Positions 23,101-34,419 of a stretch of 64,000 nucleotides of DNA are shown here, piece after piece (within the stretch, counting starts at the first letter, position 1; each line of letters starts with the position of its first letter). The notes under the pieces are model-generated. The model had not been told where the DNA came from. It did no database searches and saw nothing but the letters and a program-made list of their open reading frames with translations. Source of the stretch: Naegleria gruberi. Taxonomy: Eukaryota. The stretch lies in NCBI GenBank assembly GCA_000004985.1, contig GG738846.1; one strand, 5' to 3'. The translations under genes were made by a program, and so were the position numbers.

Positions 23101-26100
23101 TCCAAGCAATTCCAATAAATATTTGAATACGATTAACAATCAAATCAGTTAACATGTAAGCGTAGTGACCAACATTGGCAAATACTACAGCAAGTAAACT
23201 CTTTGCTCTAAATAGGAGAGGTAACTTTGGAGTTGATTCCTCTTTCTTATTTTCTTGAGAACCTTCTTGAGCAATTTCTGGAGCAACTTGTTGAATGACC
23301 TTACTCAATGCCTCATTGACAGAGTCATTTCTAGCATGTTTGGATATAATATTCAATTGTTGTTCCAATTTTGAAGATGGTGCACCTAAAACATCGCCAA
23401 GAGCAACAATTCTATCATGTGGAACAATCTTGGAAAGGATATTCTTCATTACCTTTTGAACCTCCTCTTTAGAAATATTACTTGGAAGGAATTCTTGGTT
23501 TGGATCAGATGGAAGATCCAACTGACCACGCTCGAAATGCACAGGTCTTCTCTTTGCTGAATTATCAACTACTAGAGTGGAGCTCTTGTAATTTTGTAAA
23601 TTCTCCAAAGTTGAAACGACTTCTCTCATCTTTTTCTGGAATTTATGCTCTGCCTTCTTCAAGCACTTTTTCATTAATTGTTCTTCCTTATTCAGGTTAG
23701 AGACAATCTTTTTTCTAATCTTGGCTGATTCCTTATTCTCCAAATCCAATAAATCACTCATTGCAAGTGCTAAAATAGCGCGTTCTCTTTCAATCTTTTC
23801 TGAATTCTTGGCATATGCATTGACTACCTTTTCATATTCTTCTTTGAGCATGTGCTTTCTATTGTAGAAACTTTGGAAATCAGAATCCTTGTTCACTTCA
23901 TGGAAACTTCTGAGTGCTTGTCGGTTGGCATCTCTTCTCTTTTCTGAAAAGAGTCCCTCTGCAAACCTTGATAAAATTTGAGCAGCTCTATAAGCTTGAT
24001 TTCTTCTGTACTTGGTGGCCCGTTCTTGACTTTCTCTGTATAGTAAATTAATGAAATGAATGTAATCCTCACTTTCGAATAATAAAATTTGCAAGTAATA
24101 GAGGCAGACTACAATAATTTCGGTGGTAAAACTTTCAAGGCCTCTTGCTTTAAGACCAAATAGGAGGCAAACATTCTTTACCCAACCACTTGTATCATTT
24201 TCGTTACCCCAATTAATAGGATCTCCCAACAATACAATTGGAATTTGATAAATTGCATCAATTACAAATGTTAAATAATAAAAAATACCAATTCCTCTCC
24301 AGAATGGAACTGTTCTCCAATACAATCTATTAAACAAGTTCAAATAGAATAAACAGAGAATCATTTGACCTAATTTGATAACATTTGAATCGATGGCTGC
24401 ATCAATAAACATGACAATCAAGACTATAAAACAAAAGAATCTATAAACTATCAACTTGATCCAATTCCACAATTTCTTTTGTTGATCTGGTGTTGTAAAG
24501 TCTTTGATTTTTTGAATTTTTCCTGTTTCAATGTTACGTTTGATTAAACTGCTTGTATCCAAGTGGACAATAAGTGCATTATCTAATTTCTGGGTTCTGG
24601 AAAGGAAGGATGAAACAATTTCACCTCTCTCACGTTTTGGAAGTTTTTCAGGTTGAGAAACTTCAATATGTTGCAATCTTGCATACATTCCTTTGAAGAA
24701 TACTCGTGCCTGCAAGGCCATAAAGAACATCATCAAGTAGAGAATGACTACAATGTACGTATTGCTAATTACTCCTCCAGATGTAGAGGTCAAATTGAGA
24801 ATAATATACTTGCTAAATATTGGAATATTCATCATGGCTTCGTAAAATTGCATTGAACGAACTATTTGCAATCTAAAGAAGAAGAGAATTAACATGTTAA
24901 TTTCAACAACCATTACTAAAAAGATCCATCCTCTTCTCAAAATTGTACTATTCTTTCCAGTAAAGAAACAAACACCAAAAACAATCAAATAAATGAATCC
25001 CCACAATGTTTGAATCAATGAAAGTGATCCTAACAATAGAGTAAAGAGAGAAATTTCAAATCCATAATCATCATAAAAGTGATTACAATAATATTTGAAA
25101 GATGAGAATAGCTTTCGTAAAAACTTGATAATCTTTCTCTTGTAGAAGGATTTAAAGTTTTCTTCTTCAGTTAAATCAGTTGGATGATCTTCATCAAAGT
25201 TCATCTTTTCAAATTCCTCTCTACTGATATAGATGGTATTTCTATTTCTCGCCTTGGATTTTCTCTTGTCAGCTGATGATGAAGGTCTCAACTTTTGAGC
25301 AAAACTAGCCATTGGATCATTCTTGCTTTTAACATTAACTTCTGCCTCTATGAATAAACATCCCTCATCATAGAGACCTCTACTCTTCATGGATCTCTCC
25401 CAACGATAGGTAACCTTTTGGAGGAGAGATGCAACAAATACCAATAAACTAGACCACAATACATTTCCAATGTGATGTCCTTCTGTTGATCTAGCATCTT
25501 CAAGTCCAATATAACCCAACCAAGTACAAACACCAGTGGAACGACCAAAATTCTCAACTTGATGTTGAACAATTGCTCCCAATGCACTATCACACAAACC
25601 ATTTGTAAAGAATGGATGTTGATAAATATACTTGATTGTCATGATAAATCCACTGTAGAGAGCTATCAAGAACCAAATCTTACTAGCAATAACAGGTGCA
25701 GGAGCAAATACAAGAACTAAAACCAAATAAATCAGACCAATAATATTTGGATTAAAGTTGGAAGCCAAGAAGAGGAAAATAATCAACAATTTAGGAGTAT
25801 GCATAACACAGAAACGTTTCATGACCAAGAAGCATTCCAATAGGAGTGAATCTATTTGCTCACTGAATATAATTTGTTTCTCAATTTTCACATGAGATGA
25901 TTCTTGAATAGTTTCAACAATTTCGTCCATCAATGATGGTGTATGTTCATGAATGTGTGTTGGACCAGTAGTAGTAGTAGGTGGTTGTTGCTGTGGTTGA
26001 TTTGGAATAGTTTGTTCTTGTTCTTTCTTTCTAATTTCTTCTTGTTCCTGCACTGTCTTGATTCTTTGTCTTCTTCTGCCAATAACAAATTGGAAATATT

Positions 26101-29100
26101 TCAATTGAACAATAGTCAATATGGCAATGATCGTGAAAGGAAGTAAACTGACATTCTTGTATTGGTACTTGTATAGACCAATGCTCTTTGGGGTAAGATA
26201 TCCGTAATATGAAGGAATTTCAATTGACTTGTCCAATTCATGTTCTCTGATAAGTTGCTTTGCTCTTTCAACTTCTGGCAAGATACTTTGAATGTAGGCG
26301 TACAGGGATGGGAATTGATAAGCATACTCTACAACAAATACCAAAGTAGAATAGAAAACAAAGACGTACCACAAGCCAACAAAGAATTGGAATAATCTGT
26401 AACCAGCTTTTGTGGAATTTGAATTGTGAACTGAGAGAACATTTAAACAGAAACATGCCATAACAATCATTAGGAATATGAATCCAATAAATGATGCTTC
26501 TTCTTGAAGGAAAATTACCAAAAAGACTGCAAAATAACTTGCCAAAGTTCCTAAAAAGTTTAACAATTCAGTTTCTAAAAAGATCTTATCCCAAACAAGA
26601 ATTAATTTTTCAAAGAATGTGTGCAAGTATGGATTCTTTTCTTTTGTAAACATATCCCATTGATCAAAACTAGTATTAACATTCACATTACCAACTGTCT
26701 TTACATTTGAAATATGATATTGAATACTGGTCAATGTTAGAATGAAAATGTGCCAAATAAGTCCTTTCCAAAACACTCCAAAACTACTTGTACTAATTTG
26801 ATTTTCAATTGTAATAAATGATGGATTAAAACCTATAATTTCATACGGTAAATCAACAACTTCAGGTGCGTACCACACATTGAAGAAGTACAAGGCAAGA
26901 ATAACAAATTGACAATATAGAACTAATAAAATCCATGTTTTTCTTGCAAAGGATGGGAAAATGAAATAGACAGCACAAAATATTACTTGGAAAATGTTAA
27001 ATTCACAGTGTGAAAAAGTAACTTACAATAAATAGCATGAAGTAAATCAGCATTTTCAGATGTCAAATCGGCAAAGTAGCAAACAATCAAACTCAAATAG
27101 AAACTGTTTCTCACAAAGAGAATGAGCAATACTTTCCAAATATAGTCAAAGAGTATAATCTTAATAGTTTGTAAAATCAACTTGATCTTAACCCAAACTC
27201 TTTTAGATGTATTTTGTGGTTCACACTCAACCTCTCCCAAATTATTGTCTGCTTCATCATTGATTTTATCCAATTCAGTCATGTCAACATTAGTTGGGTC
27301 TCTAATAGAATCTGAGAATACTGAATCATGAATAGATTGATCACCCATTGCAGGAGACATTATAACATCCAAATCACTATCTTCCTCATTGGTATAATAG
27401 ATGGATCTACGTTTAATATCCATAGAAGTTGATCTGTTACTATTAACAGAATCATTTGGAACAAGGGGAGCTGTATCATCCATTCCATAGTTATTATTGA
27501 TAGAACGTTTGTGGAACCAATATTTTGTAGATTTTAAAAATGCTAAACGTTATTCGAGTATTTGAATAAGAAAACATACCTTTTCGTTGAGAACCAGTCG
27601 AAGCAGCAGCAGTATTACTTGTTGATACTGTTTTTTTATGTCTCTTCAATAGCTTGGATACAGCACTAACTCTTACAGTCAACCCCATAAATAAGGACAA
27701 GATTAATTGACCAAAAATGACTGCAACAAGAACAATAGATCTACCACTATCACTAACATCTGTTAAAAAAGCTCCAACAGTTGTTCCTACAATGGCTCTA
27801 TAGAGAATTCCTTGAAGAGGATAAAACAATACTCCTCCACTTCCAGATGGATTAAATTCTTTTAGTAAAAGTAGTATGTGAAAAATTAAATAAATAATTA
27901 CAATTAAAACATACCATTTGCTGACATTTCTGTGGTTTGTGGAATGTATGATGCAAAATTTGGCATTTGGAAAACATATTGAGCACAAATATAAAGCAAA
28001 CTATAAATGAAACAGAAAGGTAACAGAATTACCATGACCTTATTGGTTTCAAATCTTGGTCCTGGTGATAAAACCATACCAAGATAAAGGAAAAGTAAAT
28101 AGGGAAGTGAACACAAACTTGGAACGGACAAAATGATACAAATCAATGCAATCATCAATGCATAGAGAATGAACTTTTGCAATTGTTCATATAAGAACAT
28201 TCTAAACTTGTAAGATGATTCATAAATGGAATGTACACCACCTGCAATTCCACCCATTGAAGTGTGTTCATCAATTTCTATTAATCTTCTCTCTTCAGAT
28301 TTATAGTACAAATCCTGAAGATATTCCTCAGAGTTTGTATCCAAATCTTCCTTATTAGAAATCATGGTTGGCAAAAGTGTTAAAAACTTTTTAACTTGTC
28401 TTTGTAGTTCTCTTTCTTGTAAAACTTTTGCAATATATTGACAAACAAAGTTACAAGCCAAGATGAATGTAATTAGAACAAATGTGATGAAAACATATCC
28501 AGTGTAGAACTTTTTGAAAAATTCAAATGATTTCAAATTACCATCAATATCAAAAAATCCAGCCATTTTACCATACGGATTTTGTAAAATCATTTTAGAA
28601 AAGTAACCAGTTGAGGAGATTGAATTGGTTTGGAAACGTGTTAAAAAGTAGAAAATGAGCAAGAGTATAGAATAAACTTGTGTAAATATAAATAATCTAA
28701 TGATGAATTGTAATAGTTATGAAAATTATTATAATTATATATTAAATTTAAAATAAACATACCCAATTGAAATAAAAGTCTTCAAGCTACCAAAACTGGC
28801 AAGTGTAATAATTAAAAAACTCAATAATAAATAAGGAATTCCTACAAAACTTGGATAAAAACTTGCAGTAATCATCAAAAAGAGTGCGAATATAATCAAT
28901 TTCAATTCATGAATATTGACATGTTTCTTTTCAGTCTTTTCCTTTGGAGGCATTGATCCAACATGAGTTACTGAAGTTTTCAATTCTTGTACAGAACATG
29001 TCAAGAGCTTTGGATGTTTAGTAAAAACACCAGGTAAATCCCACATGTACATGGTAGCTCCCTTAACTTTAGGAATTGATTCAATTTGTTGTTTCTTCAA

Positions 29101-30282
29101 AGCTGAATCATCCAATTTAGTATTAGAAGTAGAAACCTTAGTTGTCACAACATCATCCACTTGCATGGCATACATGGTTTCATTCTGACCTTCTCCAATA
29201 TCAATTGTTGTTATTCCTGTATCAGTGGATTTAACAGTTTCTACTTTACCACTCATATTAATAAGGGAAGATTTAAAAGTTGACGGTGTTACTTTCTTAA
29301 TTTTTAAAGAAACACCTTCCTTTTCTAATTTTAATCTTCTTCTCCATAAAACTGAAAGGAAAATAAAACAAGTAAATGAGAAAATAATAACAAGAGCATC
29401 TGGAATGACATGAATTAGAATGAATGAAATGTCTTTCCCTTTCAAACTGTTAATTAAATACATAGTAATTGTTGTTGTTAATATGATAACATAATGAAAA
29501 CAAACCTCACAAATCCAATATCTGTCAAAACATCTGTCAAATAATTATCATTAATAGAAACAACACTGACAACAATAGTACCAATAAAATAACAAATAGA
29601 AACAAGTAAAGATATTGACAATGTACTAAATCTCGGAATCATCATCCAAATTCTGTTAATTCCAACTTTTTGAAAATATGGATAAAAACTTGGTGTTAAA
29701 TTGTGTAAAAAGAATATTAACATGTATGTTAAATTAATAAATGATGGTCTAATAGCAAAAGCTATTATTATTGTAATATTAAATAAATTGTAATATATCA
29801 ATTAATTATAATATATTTAAAAGTTAAAATAACAAATACATACACACTAATAATGACAAGTAAAACAATACACAAATAATGATAGATATAATTTCTAATA
29901 CAAGTGTTTTTCCAATAACTTCATCTGTTAAATTTGTCATTTGGTCCAAAGCATTGAACGATGTTTGACTTTGTTCAATACTTGATTGATCATCAGCAAT
30001 GTCAATGTCTCCTCCTCCTCTAATACCACCACCACTTGTAGTAGTTTGTATTGTTGAGAGAATATCCGATTTACTATCATCCATTATCAAATCATCATCT
30101 AATAATGATGGTGAAATATCATTGTTATTATTAATAATGTTATTATCGTTATTGTTGTTATTGTTGTTATTGTTGTAATTAAATGTTAAATAGGAGGGTG
30201 TTGTTTCATCAGCACTGTTACCTAACATGGAGGATCTTCTCCTCTGATTATCATTGTTGTTGTCAGTAGTGATAGTATTCAT
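20153..30282 (-). CDS. PIEZO: Piezo-type mechanosensitive cation channel, multi-exon, roughly 3200 aa. The last exon is a single 2246-aa ORF (20153-~26913). Upstream exon blocks sit at about 27483-27020, 27858-27494, 28662-27915, 29463-28735, 29801-29478 and 30282-29824.
   Basis: The C-terminus matches Piezo pore and CED hallmarks: RTGYPKRRYTQFFTKSY, AIPFVFELKTLLDWTFIDTTLTFYEYLKLEDVY, and the terminal LILCYCQDIYKAREDKDLAMEETMFVNLLRIFRSTELLQIWTRD (compare human ...LYAKLIFLYRSPETMIKWTRE). The upstream minus-strand ORFs are all polytopic and hydrophobic, like the Piezo N-terminal repeats. Two junctions were checked: a 56-nt GTATGT...AG intron at 27914-27859 and a GTAAGT intron near 27020-26914, both frame-preserving. 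The remaining junctions are not individually resolved. Confidence 0.8.
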
Positions 30283-30630
30283 GATGATGAGAGTGTGTAC
30301 TAATAATCACCACAAAATAATGTCACTCAACAATTGAAGAGTATGTGTTACACGACAATATCCGATTTAAATAACAACACACACACCGAGTGAATGAAGG
30401 AGGTTAACAAATGATGATTTTTTAATGAGGTTATCCAAACAGGAGACCTAACTTGTTGTGTGAAATGAATTGGACAATTTAGACCGAACAACGATGGAAT
30501 TGGTGAATTAGCTGCAAATAAGTGGTGTTACATTCAATTTTCAAAGGAGTGAATTGTGTGATTTATTTTCAATCCGACCACCACAGAGAGATTAAACTCT
30601 TTTCACATAGAAATCATAAGATATTATTCT

Positions 30631-33600
30631 TCAATAATTAGCAGCTGCTGCCATAGAATATGTTGACTGACCATTAGCAAGTGGAATATTCATCATGGAA
30701 CGAGCATATCTAGTTTCTGCCACCTTAATCTTTTGTGATTTTTCATCCTCAACTCTGTATCTCTTCCGACAATACACTGCAATTACAATAAGAATTATCA
30801 CAATAATGCAACAACACACCAACAAGATTGCTCCAACAATTGTAATGGCAACTACTCCTAAAAGAGTCCAATCGAATGAATAGGTGGTTGTTGCTTTCAT
30901 TTGTCCAATCAATATAACATTACCCAACTTGTTACAGGTACAACTAATTGATGTTCCTGTGTAGGCTTTGACACTACAACCAAACACAACTTTCAAAGCC
31001 TGATCATAGTAGGCACAATAAGTTTTCGAATAATTGAATGAATCTGAAATGTTTCTCAATGGGAATGTATAAACAATGGTAGAGTAGTCTACCATATTAT
31101 TATTAATGTTATCTTCTCCAAAATCTAAAGAAATTGAGAATGGTGAAATAACATATGGTGTAATGATAAATCCACTTTCGGTAATGGTCATTCTATCAGC
31201 AATTTTAAAAATGTCCTTTGTTGTCAAAACTGAATAAACAATATTGCTTTTAGAAAAAGCCTTTGGGAAAACATCGCCAATAAATGAAACAGATGAATCT
31301 TCTCCCAAGTCAATTTTGATTCCCTTGTATTGTAATCTTGGTACCTTTGCTGAAACTAATCTAAATGTTGTGGAAATGAATTGGGATGGATCAGTTCCAA
31401 TAATTTTGTTTCTCATTAGGAATCTAGAAGACTTTTTTGCTAGGGCCACAGCAGATATCATATTGTCTTCTTCACCTCTGAATGATCTCCACTCAAAATA
31501 TTTGAACATTGATTCTAAAGAGTAGTGGATCAGTAATTGAACATTTTTTGATGGAATGATTTCTTGAGTTTCAGTCATTCTGGTGAGTGTTTTATCGAGA
31601 AGGGAAATAGTGTTGGATACAACACTTGTTGCCACAGAGGTATAATCTCTCAACATTGAATCAATGGCAACAAGAATCAAATGTAAATGGTAAATGTTTG
31701 GATCTGGGTGCATAATTAGAGCAGTTTTCAAGTCTGACATTAAACTGACCAAATTATCTTGAAGTTCTTTGAAATCGGCAATTTTCATTGAACAATCTGA
31801 TCCATAATATCCTTCAATACATGTACAAACACCTTCACTCACAACACCGTTCATACAAGTAGTTCTATTTGGGTTATTCATATTGGCTGAAATTGACCTC
31901 ACAATAGCACTGGCAGTGTAGAGATTTAAATTCCAATTTCCTTCAGAATTTGAGTAAAGATCAGTCCAAAATGAAACTTTTTCCAAAATATTCTTTTCAA
32001 AAGACATTGGAAGGATGGTCACTTTAGAAGTAATTCCAATTTTGGCCATAGTTTTAGTGTTAACAACATCCAAAAAGAGTGAAAGTTCATTCCCTGCGTA
32101 TGGAGGAGGAAGAACTGCTGAATAAGTCTCTCCCAGGACTGAAAGAGGAATTTTGGTAAATGTCCTTTCTTCCAAGAAACCATAAACTATATCCAGTGTT
32201 TGATTTTTTAAACATGATGAGTCACAAACATAACTAAACTTTGTTTCCATAAAGATACCAGTAGATTGTTGAATTTGGCAAGAACACAGAGTTGGATTCT
32301 TTGCAACTTTGAAAGAATAAGAGGTTGTTGCAAGCCTTCCACTAGAATCTGCAATTGTTACTGCTAACATGTTGTCAGTACCATCTGTTAAAGAATATGC
32401 AGGAAAAATGACAAAATCACTCGTAGAAGGAGTTGAAGATTGATCACTTAACTCGACACCATTCAAAGACCACTTCCTCGATGAGATTGTATCTAACATT
32501 GACTGAGAATAAATTTGGTAGACAAATGCTTCATCTGTTGTTATGGTCGTTCTTTTAGGAACCGTATCTATGACACTGATAACTGGTTTGTCTGAAAGTA
32601 CCATTTCAATAGAAGATGTTGCTGTTCGTGAACCTTTCACAACCATTAAAGTGAGAATGAATGAAGAACTGGTTAAAACAATGTCCTTAGTGAGATCGAA
32701 TGAGGTGGATTGTGTTTTACCATAACTATTCAATGCTGTTTGTAAGGTTGTAGAACATGCTGGATCGCATGACCATGTCCATGTACTACTTTGGGTATTT
32801 AACATATCGGGATCATAATACTCCACTTCAATGTGGGCTGTTGTTGCTGATACCAAATATTGAATTACTCTTAACTGAAGTTCAGGAGAGTAGGTTGTTA
32901 TCTCTAAATCATCATAAAAGTAAAATGATCCATCAAATGCAGGTGTTCCAACTCTAAAGACATACTTTTGATTACCATAAGAGTACAGTCTATTGATTTG
33001 TAAATTAGAATATGTATCTGTTGTAAAATCTACAAAAGGTCCATAAATTTGTTTCCATGAAATTGTAAAATTGTATTCTTGCTTTGCCACGCAGGAATAA
33101 TCCAAGTTGGTAATTTGTTTTCTGAAAATTGTTGGAACGTCTGTGGTGGCGAGAGTTCTATTATTCTTTCCAACAATTTCTATAGCAGGTGGAGGAAAAC
33201 CCAAATTCACAACAGTAATAGTCTTTGGAATACTCAAAACTCCAGTAATAGCATCTTTAACCGTGAGGGTAAGATCGAAGCTTCCATACACTGTAACTTC
33301 TGTGGTTGTAAGGTTGAGAAATGGTGTTGAGTATTGTTTCACATAACTTGTTTTAGTTTTGTGTTGTATAGTCCAAATATAAATAAAAGGATTTCCATAT
33401 GAAGGTGTGCTCATTTCTCCATTAATAACTATAGGTTGGCATTTGTGAAATTCAGTTAATGTATAAGAAAGCATAGCAATAGGTCTTTGTTGTTCAAATT
33501 CACAAAAAGTTCCATTGTAACCATTTTTGCATTGGCATTTATCAGGTTGAAGACAAGATCCCCTCCCATTACAGACATAAGATGTGTTACTATAGAGAGT

Positions 33601-34089
33601 TGAATTGCAATAGTAATATTTACAAGTATATCCAGAATATCCTTCATTACACAAACAATTATTTGGAGAGTTGCACTTTCCAAAACCACTGCACACTGTT
33701 GGGTTATTATAACTCTTACCATAACAAGTTAGAGTACTATTGCAATAGGTTCCAACCCATCCATAAAAACAAGAACAACTTTCATTTTCCACACAATTTC
33801 CATTCCAACATGGAAACGTTAAACAATTAGTCGATGATTGAATTGTTTGATTGTTACTTGTCGGTATTGTACTGTTCACCACACTGGTTTCATTGCTACT
33901 TATTGAATCGTTGGTGTTTTGCACCAATCTCTCCGAATGAAGTATTTTGTTAATTCGTGATGATATATCATTCGTCTGCAGAGTTTTATCTGTCGATGAT
34001 GTAAATGTTGTCTCTAAATTTAGGAGTAAGACTAAGCAAGCGATGATAATAAATAGAAAAGGCTTAATTGTTAGTTGTGATGATTTCAT
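30631..34089 (-). CDS. Type I transmembrane surface protein. It has a signal peptide, N-terminal tenascin-type EGF repeats, a roughly 900-aa Ser/Thr-rich beta-sandwich ectodomain, one TM helix and a short cytoplasmic tail.
   Basis: ATG at 34089 (MKSSQLTIKPFLFIIIACLVLLLNL...). The track start at 34125 is a TTG. EGF signatures include CWNGNCVENESCSCFYGWVGTYC and CNGRGSCLQPDKCQCKNGYNGTFC. The TM helix is LLGVVAITIVGAILLVCCCIIVIILIVIAVY, followed by the tail CRKRYR...AAAANY. Confidence 0.75.
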   Translation of the reverse strand: MKSSQLTIKPFLFIIIACLVLLLNLETTFTSSTDKTLQTNDISSRINKILHSERLVQNTNDSISSNETSVVNSTIPTSNNQTIQSSTNCLTFPCWNGNCVENESCSCFYGWVGTYCNSTLTCYGKSYNNPTVCSGFGKCNSPNNCLCNEGYSGYTCKYYYCNSTLYSNTSYVCNGRGSCLQPDKCQCKNGYNGTFCEFEQQRPIAMLSYTLTEFHKCQPIVINGEMSTPSYGNPFIYIWTIQHKTKTSYVKQYSTPFLNLTTTEVTVYGSFDLTLTVKDAITGVLSIPKTITVVNLGFPPPAIEIVGKNNRTLATTDVPTIFRKQITNLDYSCVAKQEYNFTISWKQIYGPFVDFTTDTYSNLQINRLYSYGNQKYVFRVGTPAFDGSFYFYDDLEITTYSPELQLRVIQYLVSATTAHIEVEYYDPDMLNTQSSTWTWSCDPACSTTLQTALNSYGKTQSTSFDLTKDIVLTSSSFILTLMVVKGSRTATSSIEMVLSDKPVISVIDTVPKRTTITTDEAFVYQIYSQSMLDTISSRKWSLNGVELSDQSSTPSTSDFVIFPAYSLTDGTDNMLAVTIADSSGRLATTSYSFKVAKNPTLCSCQIQQSTGIFMETKFSYVCDSSCLKNQTLDIVYGFLEERTFTKIPLSVLGETYSAVLPPPYAGNELSLFLDVVNTKTMAKIGITSKVTILPMSFEKNILEKVSFWTDLYSNSEGNWNLNLYTASAIVRSISANMNNPNRTTCMNGVVSEGVCTCIEGYYGSDCSMKIADFKELQDNLVSLMSDLKTALIMHPDPNIYHLHLILVAIDSMLRDYTSVATSVVSNTISLLDKTLTRMTETQEIIPSKNVQLLIHYSLESMFKYFEWRSFRGEEDNMISAVALAKKSSRFLMRNKIIGTDPSQFISTTFRLVSAKVPRLQYKGIKIDLGEDSSVSFIGDVFPKAFSKSNIVYSVLTTKDIFKIADRMTITESGFIITPYVISPFSISLDFGEDNINNNMVDYSTIVYTFPLRNISDSFNYSKTYCAYYDQALKVVFGCSVKAYTGTSISCTCNKLGNVILIGQMKATTTYSFDWTLLGVVAITIVGAILLVCCCIIVIILIVIAVYCRKRYRVEDEKSQKIKVAETRYARSMMNIPLANGQSTYSMAAAANY

Positions 34090-34266
34090 TTTTTTAACTG
34101 TTAAACTGCTTTTATAAGCCGCCAATTCCTTGTGCTTTTCTAAGTGGGCTCTGGAACTTTAATTTACAGTTTCTTTTTTTGGACTTGTGAAAGTCCATTA
34201 CAACTTTTACCATTAAGGCAGTAAGGATATATGCACCATTTGAATATTTTCATAATTATTTGTGAA

Positions 34267-34340
34267 GCCGTCATAGCTCAGTTGGATAGAGCACAGGACT
34301 TCTAATCCTGGGGTCGTGGGTTCGAGCCCCATTGTCGGTA
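34267..34340 (+). tRNA. tRNA-Arg (anticodon UCU, reads AGA)
   Basis: GCCGTCATAGCTCAGTTGGATAGAGCACAGGACTTCTAATCCTGGGGTCGTGGGTTCGAGCCCCATTGTCGGTA folds as a cloverleaf. It has a 7-bp acceptor stem with one GU and one mismatch, a GCTC/GAGC D-stem and a CAGGA/TCCTG anticodon stem. The loop CTTCTAA has U33 and A37, and there is a GTTCGAGC T-loop. A TTTT terminator follows. Confidence 0.9.
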
Positions 34341-34419
34341 TCATTTTATGTTTTTTCTTTTGATTATCAACAGTTTTCAGAAAGAGCAGGTGAAAAAGTG
34401 AAAAGATCAAAAACAAAAA

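Noticed and set aside
20585-26456. Numerous 60-100-aa ORFs on both strands inside the Piezo last exon
   Set aside because: They are nested within a continuous 2246-aa ORF with clear Piezo homology, and are random open frames in AT-rich sequence.
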